DNA of 64,000 nucleotides from assembly GCF_006345805.1 (NCBI RefSeq), contig NC_043020.1, positions 7,254,001-7,318,000 on the forward strand, written 5' to 3'. This stretch comes from Octopus sinensis. Taxonomy: Eukaryota. A program made the translations under genes and the position numbers. Shown here piece after piece: positions 24,714 through 36,525 of this stretch. Numbering within the stretch: the stretch's first letter is position 1; each line of letters starts with the position of its first letter. The notes beneath the pieces are model-generated. The model ran no database searches. It worked only from the letters and a program-made list of their open reading frames with translations, and was not told the origin of the DNA.

Positions 24714-25294
24714 GTAAGGACCTTTTCTTTCTTCTTCTCCTCCTCCTCCTCCTTCTCAAGTTTGTTTACATTGTTGTTTAACCTCCAGTTGGCCTTGATT
24801 GGGGTAACCAGGAGACATTCCAGCTATACATATACCGTAAATCCTCAAGTATAGTCTGCCCTTGAGTATAATACGCAGGGGATTTTTAGGAGGCTGTACT
24901 TCTGAAAAGCCTAAACCTTGTGTATAATATGCACCCCTTCTCTAACTTGAGTGGTGCTTAATTAAGCCAGCAGCACCTAGTCGAACAAACACTTCCGCGC
25001 ATGCGTAAGTGGATTTGGTAGACGGAAACTGAAAGAAGCCCGTCGTATATATGTATCTATGTGTATGTATATGTTTGTGTGTGTTTGTGCCCCAAACATC
25101 GCTTGACAACTGATGCTGGTGTGTTTACATCCCCGTAACATAGTGGTTTGGCAAAAGAGACCAATAGAATAAGTTATAGGCTTACAAAGAATAAGTCTTG
25201 GGGTGGATTTGCTCGACTAAAGGTGGTGCTCCAGCATGGCCACAATCAAATGACTGAAACAAGTAAAAGAGAGAGTATATATATATATATATAT

Positions 25295-25707
25295 ATATAC
25301 TTCACATTGTCATGCAGCTACTGTTGATACCTCGTTCAGAGATTTATTATTGCTTGTTTACACTTTTTCGAGATCAGTGACTTTTCGTCACTGGAAAAAG
25401 GATATATGTATTTGCATTGGGACCCCTTCGCATCGAAGACCGGTGATTATCATGCGCTGACGACGGGTAAATACCCAGAAACTTGGGTCCATGCACATCA
25501 CGTCAGGTCGACGATGGGAAGGATGGCTTCCCTTTGCAAATACTGATAGGGCACAGAAAGTGTGTCAATAGCCAGCTGGAGGAGGTGTCCTCCTGGGGCT
25601 ACAAGCTACAGTAGCATCCACCCTTAGTGGTTAGCCACATTTAAGTGACAAATATACTTCACATTGTCATGCAGCTACTGTTTATACCTCGTTCAGAGAT
25701 TTATTAT
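25295..25707 (+). mobile_element. Terminally redundant 357-bp-period element with a hammerhead-like core (retrozyme or Penelope-derived)
   Basis: 56-bp direct repeats at 25295-25350 and 25652-25707 (1 mismatch). CTGACGA-stem-GAAAC-ttgg-GTC at 25457-25489. (TA)n on both flanks. Confidence 0.55.
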
Positions 25708-25730
25708 ATATATATATATATATATAAATA

Positions 25731-26130
25731 GGTGCAGGAGTGGCTGTGTGGTAAGTAGCTTGTTTACCAACTACATGGTTCCGGGTTCAGTCCCACTGCG
25801 TGGCATCTTGGGCAAGTGTCTTCTACTATAGCCTCGGGCCGACCAAAGCCTTGTGAGTGGATTTGGTAGACGGAAACTGAAAGAATCCCGTCGTATATAT
25901 GTATATATATGTATGTGCGTGTATGTTTGTGTGTCTGTGTTTGTCCCCCTAGCATTGCTTGACAACCGATGCTGGTGTGTTTATGTCCCCGTCACTTAGC
26001 GGTTCGGCAAAAGAGACCGATAGAATAAGTACTGGGCTTACAAAGAATAAGTCCCGGGGTCGGTTTGCTCGACTAAAGGTGGTGCTCCAGCATGGCCACA
26101 GTCAAAATGACTGAAACAAGTAAAAGAAAA
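25731..26130 (+). mobile_element. SINE family A (full length)
   Basis: Near-identical to 571-957. Confidence 0.85.
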
Positions 26131-26365
26131 TATATATATATACAGATAAGACCGGAGCCTGGTGCAGCCTTCTGGCTTCCCAGATCCCCGGTCGAACCGT
26201 CCAACCCATGCTAGCATGGAGAACGGACGTTAAACGATGATGATGATATATATATACATATATATATATACACACGTACACACAAATCCCTCAAAAGAAT
26301 TTTCTAGAAATTTTGTCTTTCTCTTCCTCCCATTTTACCCCTACTTTCCTTTCTCTCTTTTGTAG

Positions 26366-26634
26366 ATTCACAGTTCCAGATTTAACACCAAACATTGGTG
26401 TCTTCTGGTATTTCTTCACTGAGATGTTTGAACACTTCCGGGTGTTCTTCCTTTTTGTGTTCCAAATCAACGCCATCGTCTACACGGTTCCTCTTGCGAT
26501 TCGCTTCAAAGAGCAGCCTCTCTTCCTTATGTACATTCTCACATTCCTCACCGGAGTCTTCAAGTCTTATCCAAGTTACTCAGATGTCGCACTCTTCCTC
26601 TGTCTCCTTCCACTTTGGAAACATTTATTTCCGT
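26366..26634 (+). CDS. PIGU: PIG-U exon, FTVPDLTPNIGVFWYFFTEMFEHF...FKSYPSYSDVALFLCLLPLWKHLFP
   Basis: cttttgtag| ... |gtaagt, 269 nt. Carries the hallmark PIG-U/Cdc91/Gab1 motifs DLTPNIG.FWYFF.EMFEHF and FKSYP. Confidence 0.97.
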
Positions 26635-26789
26635 GTAAGTTCCTCAACATAGTTTTTTTTATTTTATTTATTTTTATTTTTTATAATTTTTTTTCTATTT
26701 TTTTCTGTCTCCTCATTTCGTATTTTTCTTTTATTCTTTCTTATTCCTCTCTTTTCTTCTTTCTCTATCCTTCAGTATATTCCCCCCTT

Positions 26790-27520
26790 CTCTCTCCTCT
26801 CTCTCTTCCTTCTCTCTCTCTCTTCTTTCTCTCTCTCTCTTCTCTCCTCTCTCTCTTCCTTCTCTCTCTCTCTTCTCTCTCCTCTCTCTTCTTTCTCTCT
26901 CTCTCTTCTCTCCTCTCTCTCTTCCTTCTCTCTCTCCCCTCTCTCTTCTCTCTCCTCTCTCTTCTTTCTCTCTCTTTCTTCTCTCCTCTCTCTCTTCCTT
27001 CTCTCTCTCCCCTTTCTCTTCTCTCTCCTCTCTCTTCCTTCTCTCTCTCCCTTTCTCTTTCTTCTCTCTCTTCTCTCTCCCCTCTCTCTTCTCTCTCCTC
27101 TCTCTCTTTCTTCTCTCTCCTCTCTCTCTCTCTTTTCTCTCCCCTCTCTTCCTTCTCTCTCTCCCTCTCTCTTCTCTCTCCCTTTCTTCTCTCTCCTCTC
27201 TCTTTCTTCTCTCTCCTCTCTCTTTCTTCTCTCTCCTCTCTCTTTCTTCTCTCTCTCCTCTCTCTTTCTTCTCTCTCTCCCTCTCTCTTCTCTCTCCCTT
27301 TCTTCTCTCTCCTCTCTCTTTCTTCTCTCTCCTCTACATCTTCTTCTCTCTATCTAGCTCTCTTTCTTCTCTCTCTCCTCTCTCTTTCTTCTCTCTCTCC
27401 TCTCTCTTCCTTCTTTCTCCCCTTCTCTCTCCCTCTCTCTTTCTTCTCTCTCTCCTCTCTCTTCCTTCTTTCTCCCCCTCTCTCTCCCTCTCTCTTTTCT
27501 CTCTTTCTGTTCTCTTCTTA
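26790..27520 (+). repeat. (CT)/(CTT)-rich polypyrimidine tract
   Basis: About 730 nt of almost pure C/T. Confidence 0.95.
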
Positions 27521-27570
27521 TCTTTCTCACTCAGTCTTCCTTGTTTTCCAAATTTCTTCATCTTCAGTCA

Positions 27571-27687
27571 CCACCTGTCTTCTTCCTCCTCCACCTGTCT
27601 TCTTCCTCCTCCACCTGTCTTCTTCCTCCTCCACCTGTCTTCTTCCTCCTCCACCTGTCTTCTTCCTCCTCCACCTGTCTTCTTCCA
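27571..27687 (+). repeat. 20-bp minisatellite (ccacctgtcttcttcctcct), about 5.8 copies
   Basis: Exact units start at 27571, 27591, 27611, 27631, 27651 and 27671. Confidence 0.95.
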
Positions 27688-27758
27688 CTAGTGTTTTCAC
27701 CTCTTTCTTTCTGCAATTACACACACACACACATGTATTATTAACACTAACACACACA

Positions 27759-27793
<35 letters not shown>

Positions 27794-27857
27794 CTCCAGT
27801 TGGCCTGCCACATTTTCATCTTCCTTTCCTTCATGTTTTTCCTTTTCTCTTTCTCAG

Positions 27858-28000
27858 ATTTACGGAACAGTTTTATAGTAACCTGTATGTTTATCACCAG
27901 TACCGTTTTCTCTCCGCTGCTCTGGCACCTCTGGCTCTACGCTGGCAGTGCCAACGCTAACTTTTATTTCGCCATTACTCTGGTCTTCACAACAGCAGAA
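27858..28000 (+). CDS. PIGU: PIG-U exon, LRNSFIVTCMFITSTVFSPLLWHLWLYAGSANANFYFAITLVFTTAE
   Basis: tttctcag| ... |gtaagt, 143 nt. Conserved WHLW.YAGSAN.NF..AITL motif. Confidence 0.96.
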
Positions 28001-28409
28001 GTAAGTTCTGGAATTCCATGTTCCTCGTTCTGTTTATGAACCGACTTAGCATTCTTGTTCGTACAAATTGTTCTGGCCCACCCCTCCCCACTGGTGCTCC
28101 CCTATATTTCTGCACCCCCCCCCCCCACACATAAAAAGCACCATCCGAACGTGGCCGATGCCAGACCCTCTGGCACCTGTGCAGGTGGCACGAAAAAAGC
28201 ACCCACTACACTCACGGAGTGGTGGCGTTAGAAGGGCATCCAGCTGTAGAAACACTGCCAGACTAGACTGGAGCCTGGGGCAGTCCCGAGCTCCCCAGAC
28301 CCCGGTCGAAACCGTCCAACCCGTGCTAGCGCGGAAAACGGACGTTAAACGATGATGATGATGATGATGATTATCTGTTTTAGGGGTGGTTTTTTTTTTT
28401 TTACATGGA

Positions 28410-29375
28410 TAGGCGCAGACATGGCCATGTGGTTAGAAGCATGCTCCACAATCACATGGTACCAGGTTCAGTCCCACTGTGGGGCGCTTTGGGCAAGTCC
28501 CACTGTTTAGCACTTTTGGACTGACCAAAGCCTTGTGAGTGGATTTGGTAGAAGGAAACTGAAAGAATCCCATCATGTGTGTATATATATATATATATAC
28601 ATGATGGCGCAGGAGTGGCTGTGTGGTAAGAAGCTTGCTTACCAACCACATGGTTCTGGGTTCAGTCCCACTGCGTGGCATCTTGGGCAAGTGTCTTCTG
28701 CTATAGCCCTGGGCCGACCAATGCCTAGTGAGCGGATTTGGTAGACGGAAACTGAAAGAATCCCATCATGTGTGTATATATATATATACATGATGGCGCA
28801 GGAGTGGCTGTGTGGTAAGAAGCTTGCTTACCAACCACATGGTTCTGGGTTCAGTCCCACTGCGTGGCATCTTGGGCAAGTGTCTTCTGCTATAGCCCTG
28901 GGCCGACCAATGCCTAGTGAGCGGATTTGGTAGACGGAAACTGAAAGAATCCCATCATGTGTGTGTATATATATATATATATACATGATGGCGCAGGAGT
29001 GGCTGTTGGTAAGAAGCTTGCTTACCAACCATGGTTCTGGGTTCAGTCCCACTGCGTGGCCTTGGGCAAGTGTCTTCTGCTATAGCCCTGGGCCGACCAA
29101 TGCCTAGTGAGCGGATTTGGTAGACGGAAACTGAAAGAAGCCCGTCATATATATGTACATGTGTGTGTGCATGTTTGTGTGTCTGTGTTTGTTCCCCAAC
29201 ATCGCTTGACAACCAATGTTGGTATGTTTATGTCCCCTGTAACTTAGTGGTTTGGCAAAAAGAGACCGATAGAATAAAGTACTAGGCTTACAATGAGTAA
29301 GTCCTGGGTCGATTTGTTCGACTAAAGGCAGTGCTCCAGCATGGCTGCAGTCAAAGGAATGAAACGAATAAAAGA
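28410..29375 (+). repeat. Tandemly amplified SINE A heads (about 190-bp period, 4 copies) ending in one SINE tail
   Basis: ggcgcagg..tgtggt..ggaaactgaaagaa repeated at about 28412, 28607, 28795 and 28990. Confidence 0.85.
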
Positions 29376-29816
29376 ATTGGGGCTCGATGCAGTCCTTCAA
29401 CACATCAGTTCCCTGTCACACCATCCAACCCATGCCAGCATGGATCATGGATGTTAGATGATGATGATGATCGTCATCATAATCGTTCGTCATCGTCATC
29501 ATCATCATCATCAATTGATGGATTTTGATAAAATGCAGTTTCTTAATCTCCAGTGTAAACACAGCTTGTATTTTTATTATTATTATTATTATTATTATTA
29601 CAGTAGCAAGCTGGCAGAATCGTTAGCAAGCTGGGCAAAATGCTTAGCGGCATTTCATCTGTCTTTACATTTTGGGTTCAAACCCCACCACAGTCAACTA
29701 CGTCTTTCACACTTCCGGGGCCAATAAATTAAATACCAGTAAAACACTGGGGTCATTGTCATTGACTATCCTCCCCCTCCCCACAAATTCCAGGCCTTGT
29801 GCCTATAGCAGAAACG

Positions 29817-29895
29817 ATTATTATTATTATTATCGTTATTTTTATTATCATTATTATTATCATTATTATTATTATTATTATTATCATTATTATTA

Positions 29896-29926
<31 letters not shown>

Positions 29927-29988
29927 CATTATTATTATCATTATTATTATTATTATTATCATTATTATTATCATTATTATTTTCATTA

Positions 29989-30043
<55 letters not shown>

Positions 30044-30066
30044 TATTATCATTATTATTATTATTA
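29817..30066 (+). repeat. (TTA)/(TCA) trinucleotide microsatellite
   Basis: Direct inspection. Confidence 0.95.
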
Positions 30067-30288
30067 TCCGTCATTGGATGGTCAGATAGGCAGAGTGACA
30101 TTAAATACCTTGTGGTATTTAGTTATGTTCCTTCACATGAGTCTGGCTTGTTGCCTTTATTAGCAAATTAATCCATTGTCATTTGTTTTGTTTTCTTAGT
30201 TTTATATACGTTCATAAATTTTCCCTCTTTTTTTTTTTTTACTAATTATTTTTCTCTCTCTCTTTTTTTTTTTTTCTCCTGTTTCCAG

Positions 30289-30402
30289 ATCTTTCTAGTA
30301 ACGGATCTCTTGTACGCCAACCTACGTTGGGAATTTGATCTGAATCATGGACTCAATTACAAATTAGAAAATGGCAAGGAATGCCAAGCAGTTTTAGAAT
30401 GA
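30289..30402 (+). CDS. PIGU: PIG-U terminal coding exon, IFLVTDLLYANLRWEFDLNHGLNYKLENGKECQAVLE*
   Basis: Long pyrimidine tract + gtttccag|, 114 nt ending in TGA. Resembles the PIG-U C-terminus (I.L..D..YA.LR.E..L.HG). Not in the ORF track; translated by hand. Confidence 0.9.
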   Translation: MFLVTDLLYANLRWEFDLNHGLNYKLENGKECQAVLE

Positions 30403-30700
30403 ATGCAGTTTGCGGTTCTTTTTGGACCATTTACCATTTCTATATGCCATTATCACCACACACACACACTCACTCTCACATGTGCAGACTAACACACATA
30501 AAAGTACAAAAGCATAACTAAATGGCAGTTGACTTTAAAGAACAAAACTTCTTTCTCCCCTTCTTTCTCTCCTTCTCTTTCTCTCTCTCTCAAAAGGAAA
30601 CGTCTCCTTTTATTCTGAGACCCGTTTCTTTTAATTTTTTTTTTTTTTAGTTGTTATACATTTTACTTATGAAATGTTTACAGATATAACAGAAAAGATG

Positions 30701-30706
30701 AATAAA
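30701..30706 (+). terminator. Candidate polyadenylation signal of PIGU
   Basis: AATAAA about 300 nt after the stop, followed by a T/GT-rich tract. A second AATAAA lies at about 30830. Confidence 0.5.
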
Positions 30707-30713
30707 AATCAGC

Positions 30714-30751
<38 letters not shown>

Positions 30752-30934
30752 GTTGTTGTTGTTGTTATTCTTATTGTATGTGATGGCATTTAAGATATAC
30801 ATTTTTTTTACCAAAAACCAAGTTTCTCAAATAAAATTACCCTGGGTCCTGAACGCAAAGCTGGGCCTCCTTTAAACTAATTTTGTCCCTAACACTCACT
30901 ACTACAAAGTAGGGCTAAAAAGTTCCTGGCTTTA

Positions 30935-31326
30935 TTATGGATGGAAACACTCCGTTGGTTACGACGACAAGGGTTCCGGTTGATCCGATCAACGGAACAG
31001 CCTGCTCGTGAAATTAACGTGTAAGTGGCTGAGCACTCCACAGACACGTATACCCTTAACGTAGTTCTCAGGGATATTCAGCGTGACACAGAGAGTGACA
31101 AGGCCGGCCCCTTGAAATACAGATACAACAGAAACAGGAAGTAAGAGTGAGAGAAAGTTGTGGTGAAAGAGTACAGCAGGGATCACCACCATCCCCTGTC
31201 GGAGCCTCGTGGAGCTTTTAGGTGTTTTCGCTCAATAAACACTCACAACGCCCGGTCTGGGAATCGAAACCGCGATCCTACGACCGCGAGTCCGCTGCCC
31301 TAACCACTGGGCCATTGCGCCTCCAC
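30935..31326 (-). mobile_element. SINE family C (long-tail form) nested in a mariner-like MITE (about 30912-31510)
   Basis: 11-bp TSD tcctggcttta at 30924-30934 and 31327-31337 splits the MITE left TIR. tRNA-like head at the 31326 end. Confidence 0.85.
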
Positions 31327-31512
31327 TCCTGGCTTTAAGGGTGTTGCAAAAGGCCTGGCTGGAGGTCCAACCTTCTGAGTTCTTTTACTAAAGGGCCACT
31401 GCAATAAGTGTGTGAATCTGAGAGGGGAATATGTTGAATAAAATCATAATTAACAGATCGTCCCCTATTTTCTTTTACCGAAAGCCAGGAACTTTTCAGC
31501 ATCCCCTCGTAT

Positions 31513-31929
31513 TCTCTTTTTCTCTTTTTACTTGTTTCAGTCATTTTGACTGTGGCCATGCTGGAGCACCGCCTTTAATCGAGCAACTCGACCCAGAGAC
31601 TTATTCTTTTTGTAAGCCCAGTACTTATTCTATCGGTCTCTTTTGCCGAACCGCTAAGTGACGGGGACATAAACACACCAGCATCAGCTGTCAAGCAATG
31701 CTAGGGGGACAAACACAGACACACAAACATACACGCACATATATATATATACATATACATATATACGATGGGCTTCTTTCAGTTTCCGTCTACCAAATCC
31801 ACTCACAAGGCTTTGGTCGGCCCGAGGCTATAGTAGAAGACACTTGCCCAAGGTGCCATGCAGTGGGACTGAGCCTGGAACCATATGGTTGGTAAACAAG
31901 CTACTTACCACACAGCCACTCCTGCGCCT
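31513..31929 (-). mobile_element. SINE family A (full length)
   Basis: Reverse complement of the family A consensus. Confidence 0.85.
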
Positions 31930-32302
31930 TTTATAAATATATAAATATATATATACATATCCAAAATTACAAAATGGAGTAGATAAAATCCAGGCTACAC
32001 ATATTTCATATCTGGCAGATCTTCAGAAGTAGTAATTACCCAAACAAGGGCTCCTGCAAGTTAACACAGGATCCCTTCATTTGACTGCGGTATCTTTGGT
32101 GCAACAAGTAGCTAGTGGATTACTCCTCTACTTCCAAGATTCTCCTAGCTATGACACATATGCAGCCTGGATTTTATCTACGCCAGTCCCTAATTTTGCA
32201 TTTTTATTCGCATGCACTGCAACCCCAGCTGCTAACTGCAGATTATAAAATAATTTTTTACAGCTTATCAAACTTTGGTATGGGAAAAATATACAATATA
32301 TA

Positions 32303-32690
32303 GGCACAGGAGTGGCTGTGTAGTAAGTAGCTTGTTTACCAACCACATGGTTCCGGGTTCAGTCTCACTGCGTGGCACCTCGGGCAAGTGTCTTCTACTA
32401 TAGCCTCAGGCCGGCCAAAGCCTTGTGAGTGGATTTAGTAGACGGAAACTGAAAGAAGCCCGTCGTATATATATATGCATGTGTGTGTTTGTGTCTGTGT
32501 TTGTCCCCCTAGCATTGCTTGACAACCGATGCTGGTGTGTTTATGTCCCCGTTACTTAGCGGTTTGGCAAAGGATACCGATAGAATAAGTACTGGGCTTA
32601 CAAAAAGAATAAGTCCCGGGGTCGAGTTGCTCGATTAAAGGCGGTGCTCCAGCATGGCTGCAGTCAAATGACTGAAACAAATAAAAGAGT
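32303..32690 (+). mobile_element. SINE family A (full length)
   Basis: Matches 571-957. Confidence 0.85.
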
Positions 32691-33321
32691 AACCTTATAT
32701 GTCAATAGACCACTATTGTTCCTGAAAGTTGTTTTTTATACCTTCTATGGACTGATTGAAACTTTTACTTCCTACAACTTGCTCTTTGGCTCTTACCTTT
32801 ATGCTGAAAAGTTCCTGCCGGTGGCACATAAAAAGCACCCACTGCACTCTCAGAGTGGTTGGCGTTTGGAGCAGTCACTGGGTCTCCAGACCTCAGTCAA
32901 ACTGTCCAACCCATGCCAGCATGGAAAACAGACATTAAAAGATGATGATGATCATGGACTCTCTCATCACTATACGACGTATGATGGTTCGGTAATTTCT
33001 TGCCGAACAACCACACAGGTGATTTGTTTATAGTGATCAAATGTTTGTGTTGTACATATGTTCACTTCCTCCATCAAAGCAACATTACCTGTACAGGTGC
33101 ACCATGTGCCACATGTCAGATGTCGAAATGATCGCAGAGCAACATGTAACGAAGTGCTTTGCACATGATGATAGTTGTTGTCTCACATTCATCCAGCCTC
33201 ATTGTTCTGATTAACTGTCATCCTTGCATCTGTGCGGATATTCATTGTGGCTGTGTGGTAAGTAGCTTGCTTACCAAGCACATGGTTCCGGGTTCAGTCC
33301 CACTGTGTGGCACCTGGGCAA

Positions 33322-33421
33322 NNNNNNNNNNNNNNNNNNNNNNNNNNNNNNNNNNNNNNNNNNNNNNNNNNNNNNNNNNNNNNNNNNNNNNNNNNNNNNN
33401 NNNNNNNNNNNNNNNNNNNNN
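33322..33421. other. Assembly gap (100 N)
   Basis: Run of N interrupting a SINE A head. Confidence 1.
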
Positions 33422-33640
33422 CTCTTTCTCCCTTTTCTCTTTCCCTCCTGTTTTCATTATAAATAATTATTATTAACAAATATTCATTAAATTAGGTCGC
33501 ACTGCTTTTTTTTATTTCAATGAATATAGAAAAAAAAATGTTCCACTACTGTTTTTGTTATTTCTTATTATTTTATGATTTCTTTTATACTTATATTTCA
33601 TTGATCCTGAAAGAATAATGATACTAGTAATAATAATAAC

Positions 33641-33970
33641 AACAAGAGCACTTAGAGAGCGCAAGCCTCCACCAAGGCAACACCAAAGTCCTCTCAACGA
33701 TTAGTCAGAGATGATTTTTAAAATGAGAAGATCTGAAATAAACTTGACTGCTCTCACAAACAAGGATACTAAAATGAATCCAACTGCTCTCAAAAATTAA
33801 GTAAGAAAACAAGAAGAAGAATCCAGAATCCTGTCTGGTACCAGATCGATCCAAACATCCCTGAAGTTTCATCCGGATCCATCCAGCGTTTCTTGAGATA
33901 TCTTGTCTTTGGACTAACAAACAAAAACGACTGAAAACAATACCTCTGCCTTCGCTAAGGCGGATGTAAT
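33641..33970 (+). mobile_element. Helentron-associated / DINE-1-like non-autonomous element
   Basis: 5' acaagagcacttagagagcgcaagcctccaccaaggc, core aagtttcatccggatccatccagcgtttcttgagatatc, (AAAC) tract, 3' hairpin tctgcctt-cgct-aaggcgga. Family call from architecture only. Confidence 0.55.
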
Positions 33971-34523
33971 GGTGCCAATAAATTTACTTAGAGAATGTAA
34001 AAGGGTTTTGCTATTTACTTTTACTTAAAAAAAATACACATACTATAAGTATAAAGGAAATCATAAAATAATAATGAATAAGAAAAATAGCAGAGGAACA
34101 TTTTTATTCTGTAATCATTGATATAAAAAAAAAAAAGCAGTGCGACCTAATTTAATGAATATTTGTTAATAATAATTATTTATAATGAATCAGAGAGGGA
34201 AAGAGAAAGGGAGAAAGAAAGAGAAAGAGGGAGGGAGGGAGAGAGATAGGGGGAGACAGAGTTATGTGTAGATGAATGTGAGTTTGGGGAAGGATAGATA
34301 ACTTTTTAATTACATCCATCTGTGTATATCCAACGGACATAGTTTGAAAAAGGAGGGCACCTGAAGCATTGCTCGCGTTGCTGCAGTTGTTGACATTGGA
34401 GTCATCGACATTGATGATGATGATGGTGGTGGTGGTGGTGGTGGTGGTGATGGCAGTGGCGGTGGTGGTGGTGATGGTGATGATGATGATGGTGGTGATG
34501 ATGATGATGATGATGATGATGGT

Positions 34524-34752
34524 GGCGGCGAGCTGGCAATATCGTTAGCACGCCGGGCGAAATGCGTAGCTGTATTTCGTCTGTCGTTACGTTCTGAGTT
34601 CAAATTCCGCCGAGGTCGACTTTGCCTTTCATCCTTTCGGGGTCGATAAATTAAGTACCAGTTACGCACTGGGGTCGATGTAATCGACTTAATCCGTTTG
34701 TCTATCCTTGTTTGTCTCCTCTGTGTTTAGCCCCTTGTGGGTAATAAAGAAA
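34524..34752 (+). mobile_element. SINE family B (single full-length monomer)
   Basis: ggcggcgagctggcaatatcgttagcacgccggg...gggtaataaagaaa within a (GAT/GGT)n tract. Confidence 0.85.
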
Positions 34753-34820
34753 CGGATGATGGTGGTGGTGGTGGTGATGGTGATGATGATGATGATGATG
34801 CTGCTGCTGTTTGTTGTTGT

Positions 34821-34860
<40 letters not shown>

Positions 34861-35084
34861 GTTACAGCCGTAGTATCAGTAGGTGGAGACAGCCGTAGTC
34901 CTCGTTGTTTGTTGCTGTTGATATCATTGCAGTTAGAGTACTACTTATTGCAGTTCTTGTTGTTGTTGTCGATGTTGTTGTTGATGTTTTTGTTGTTGTT
35001 GCTGCTGTTGCTGAAAGTTGACACATTTTCAAAAGAAACGTTTTTTTTTTCCCTTTCATTTTTCTTTATTTTTTTTTTCCATCT

Positions 35085-35250
35085 TATTTTATTTTATTTT
35101 ATTTTATTTTATTTTATTTTATTTTATTTTATTTTATTTTATTTTATTTTATTTTATTTTATTTTATTTTATTTTATTTTATTTTATTTTATTTTATTTT
35201 ATTTTATTTTATTTTATTTTATTTTATTTTATTTTTATTTTATTTTATTT
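35085..35250 (+). repeat. (TATTT)n pentanucleotide microsatellite
   Basis: Direct inspection. Confidence 0.97.
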
Positions 35251-35512
35251 ACGCGTTTGATCATTTGTTTGTTTGTTTATTTCATTTTCTCAAACAGCAG
35301 CAAGCAGGAATTATTATTACTATGCTGAAGCATGTAAACATGTGAGGCTAATTTGCACCCTGTTTGTTTTGTTGTTGTTGTTGTTGTGTGTTGTTGTTGT
35401 CAAACTATTCTTAATATTAAGTAGGTAGGGTTTAAATGTTATGTAACTGTAAACAAGTCATTTCATATTCACAATACTATATATATATATATACACATAT
35501 ATACATATATAA

Positions 35513-35557
<45 letters not shown>

Positions 35558-35944
35558 GCATATATCACAATCAAGGAACGGCCATAATAGGCCATTCACC
35601 CACTAGAAATAACAGCCAAAGCTTCAACCGCAAAATAACATTAATTCCGTAAACCAGGGAAAATTAAAAAACATTTACCCTGTAATTTCTTATACGATGC
35701 ACCGTTTCATCTACTGTTTTAATGGTAAACTAACCTGATTAAATTAAATCAAGCCAATCTCCATAGGCCCTTAGAATCGTCAGTAAGAAATAGCCAGATC
35801 GGAACAGATATTTTCACGAGGCATTTCTGTCCCTGCCTCGGCAATATCTGACCTAAAATTTTCAAATCATCGCACTCGCGCCAAATTTATTGGCAGCAAA
35901 TAAATATAAGCCGCCGATTCCATTACGGAATTAACCAGAAAATT

Positions 35945-36311
35945 TATAATTAATCAATTAGGGTGGCAAAAAATTTTGTAGAATTTTTTTGCCACCAGCG
36001 GCCTAGTGGAAAAAATTAAATAGTCATAGACCATTTTTAAGTTCAACATCACAATCAAGGAACGGCCATAATAGGCCATTCACCCACTAGAAATAACAGC
36101 CAAAGCTTCAACCGCAAAATAACATTAATTTGTTATTTGCGGTTGAAGCTTTGGCTGTTATTTCTAGTGGGTGAATGGCCTATTATGGCCGTTCCTTGAT
36201 TGTGATGTTGAACTTAAAAATGGTCTATGACTATTTAATTTTTTCCCACTAGGCCGCTGGTGGCAAAAAAATTCTACAAAATTTTTTGCCACCCTATATT
36301 GATTAATTATA
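35945..36311. repeat. Near-perfect ~367-bp palindrome
   Basis: Arms of about 180 bp meet at aaca-ttaatt-tgtt (about 36121-36134), with only a few 1-nt differences. Confidence 0.95.
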
Positions 36312-36472
36312 TATGCATATATATACATATATAATATAATAATAAGAGTAAATAATTTCTATAATGGTTTTTAAAAAAAGACCACGTGGAAAATAGAAAT
36401 AAGCATTCTTGACTACTTTTTCGGTATACGGTCAAGCAACCTGTTGCCTGTCCCTTTTTCTTATATATATAT

Positions 36473-36525
<53 letters not shown>

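Noticed and set aside
25764-25965. Recurrent 'LSVSVYQIHSQGFGRPEAIVEDTCPRCHAVGLNP' ORFs as a protein family
   Set aside because: They are antisense translations of SINE A. Recurrence reflects copy number, with frameshifts between copies.
26313-27878. 521-aa ORF as a single gene product
   Set aside because: Only 26366-26634 is a PIG-U exon. The rest is read-through into a stop-free CT tract giving L/S/F/P repeats.
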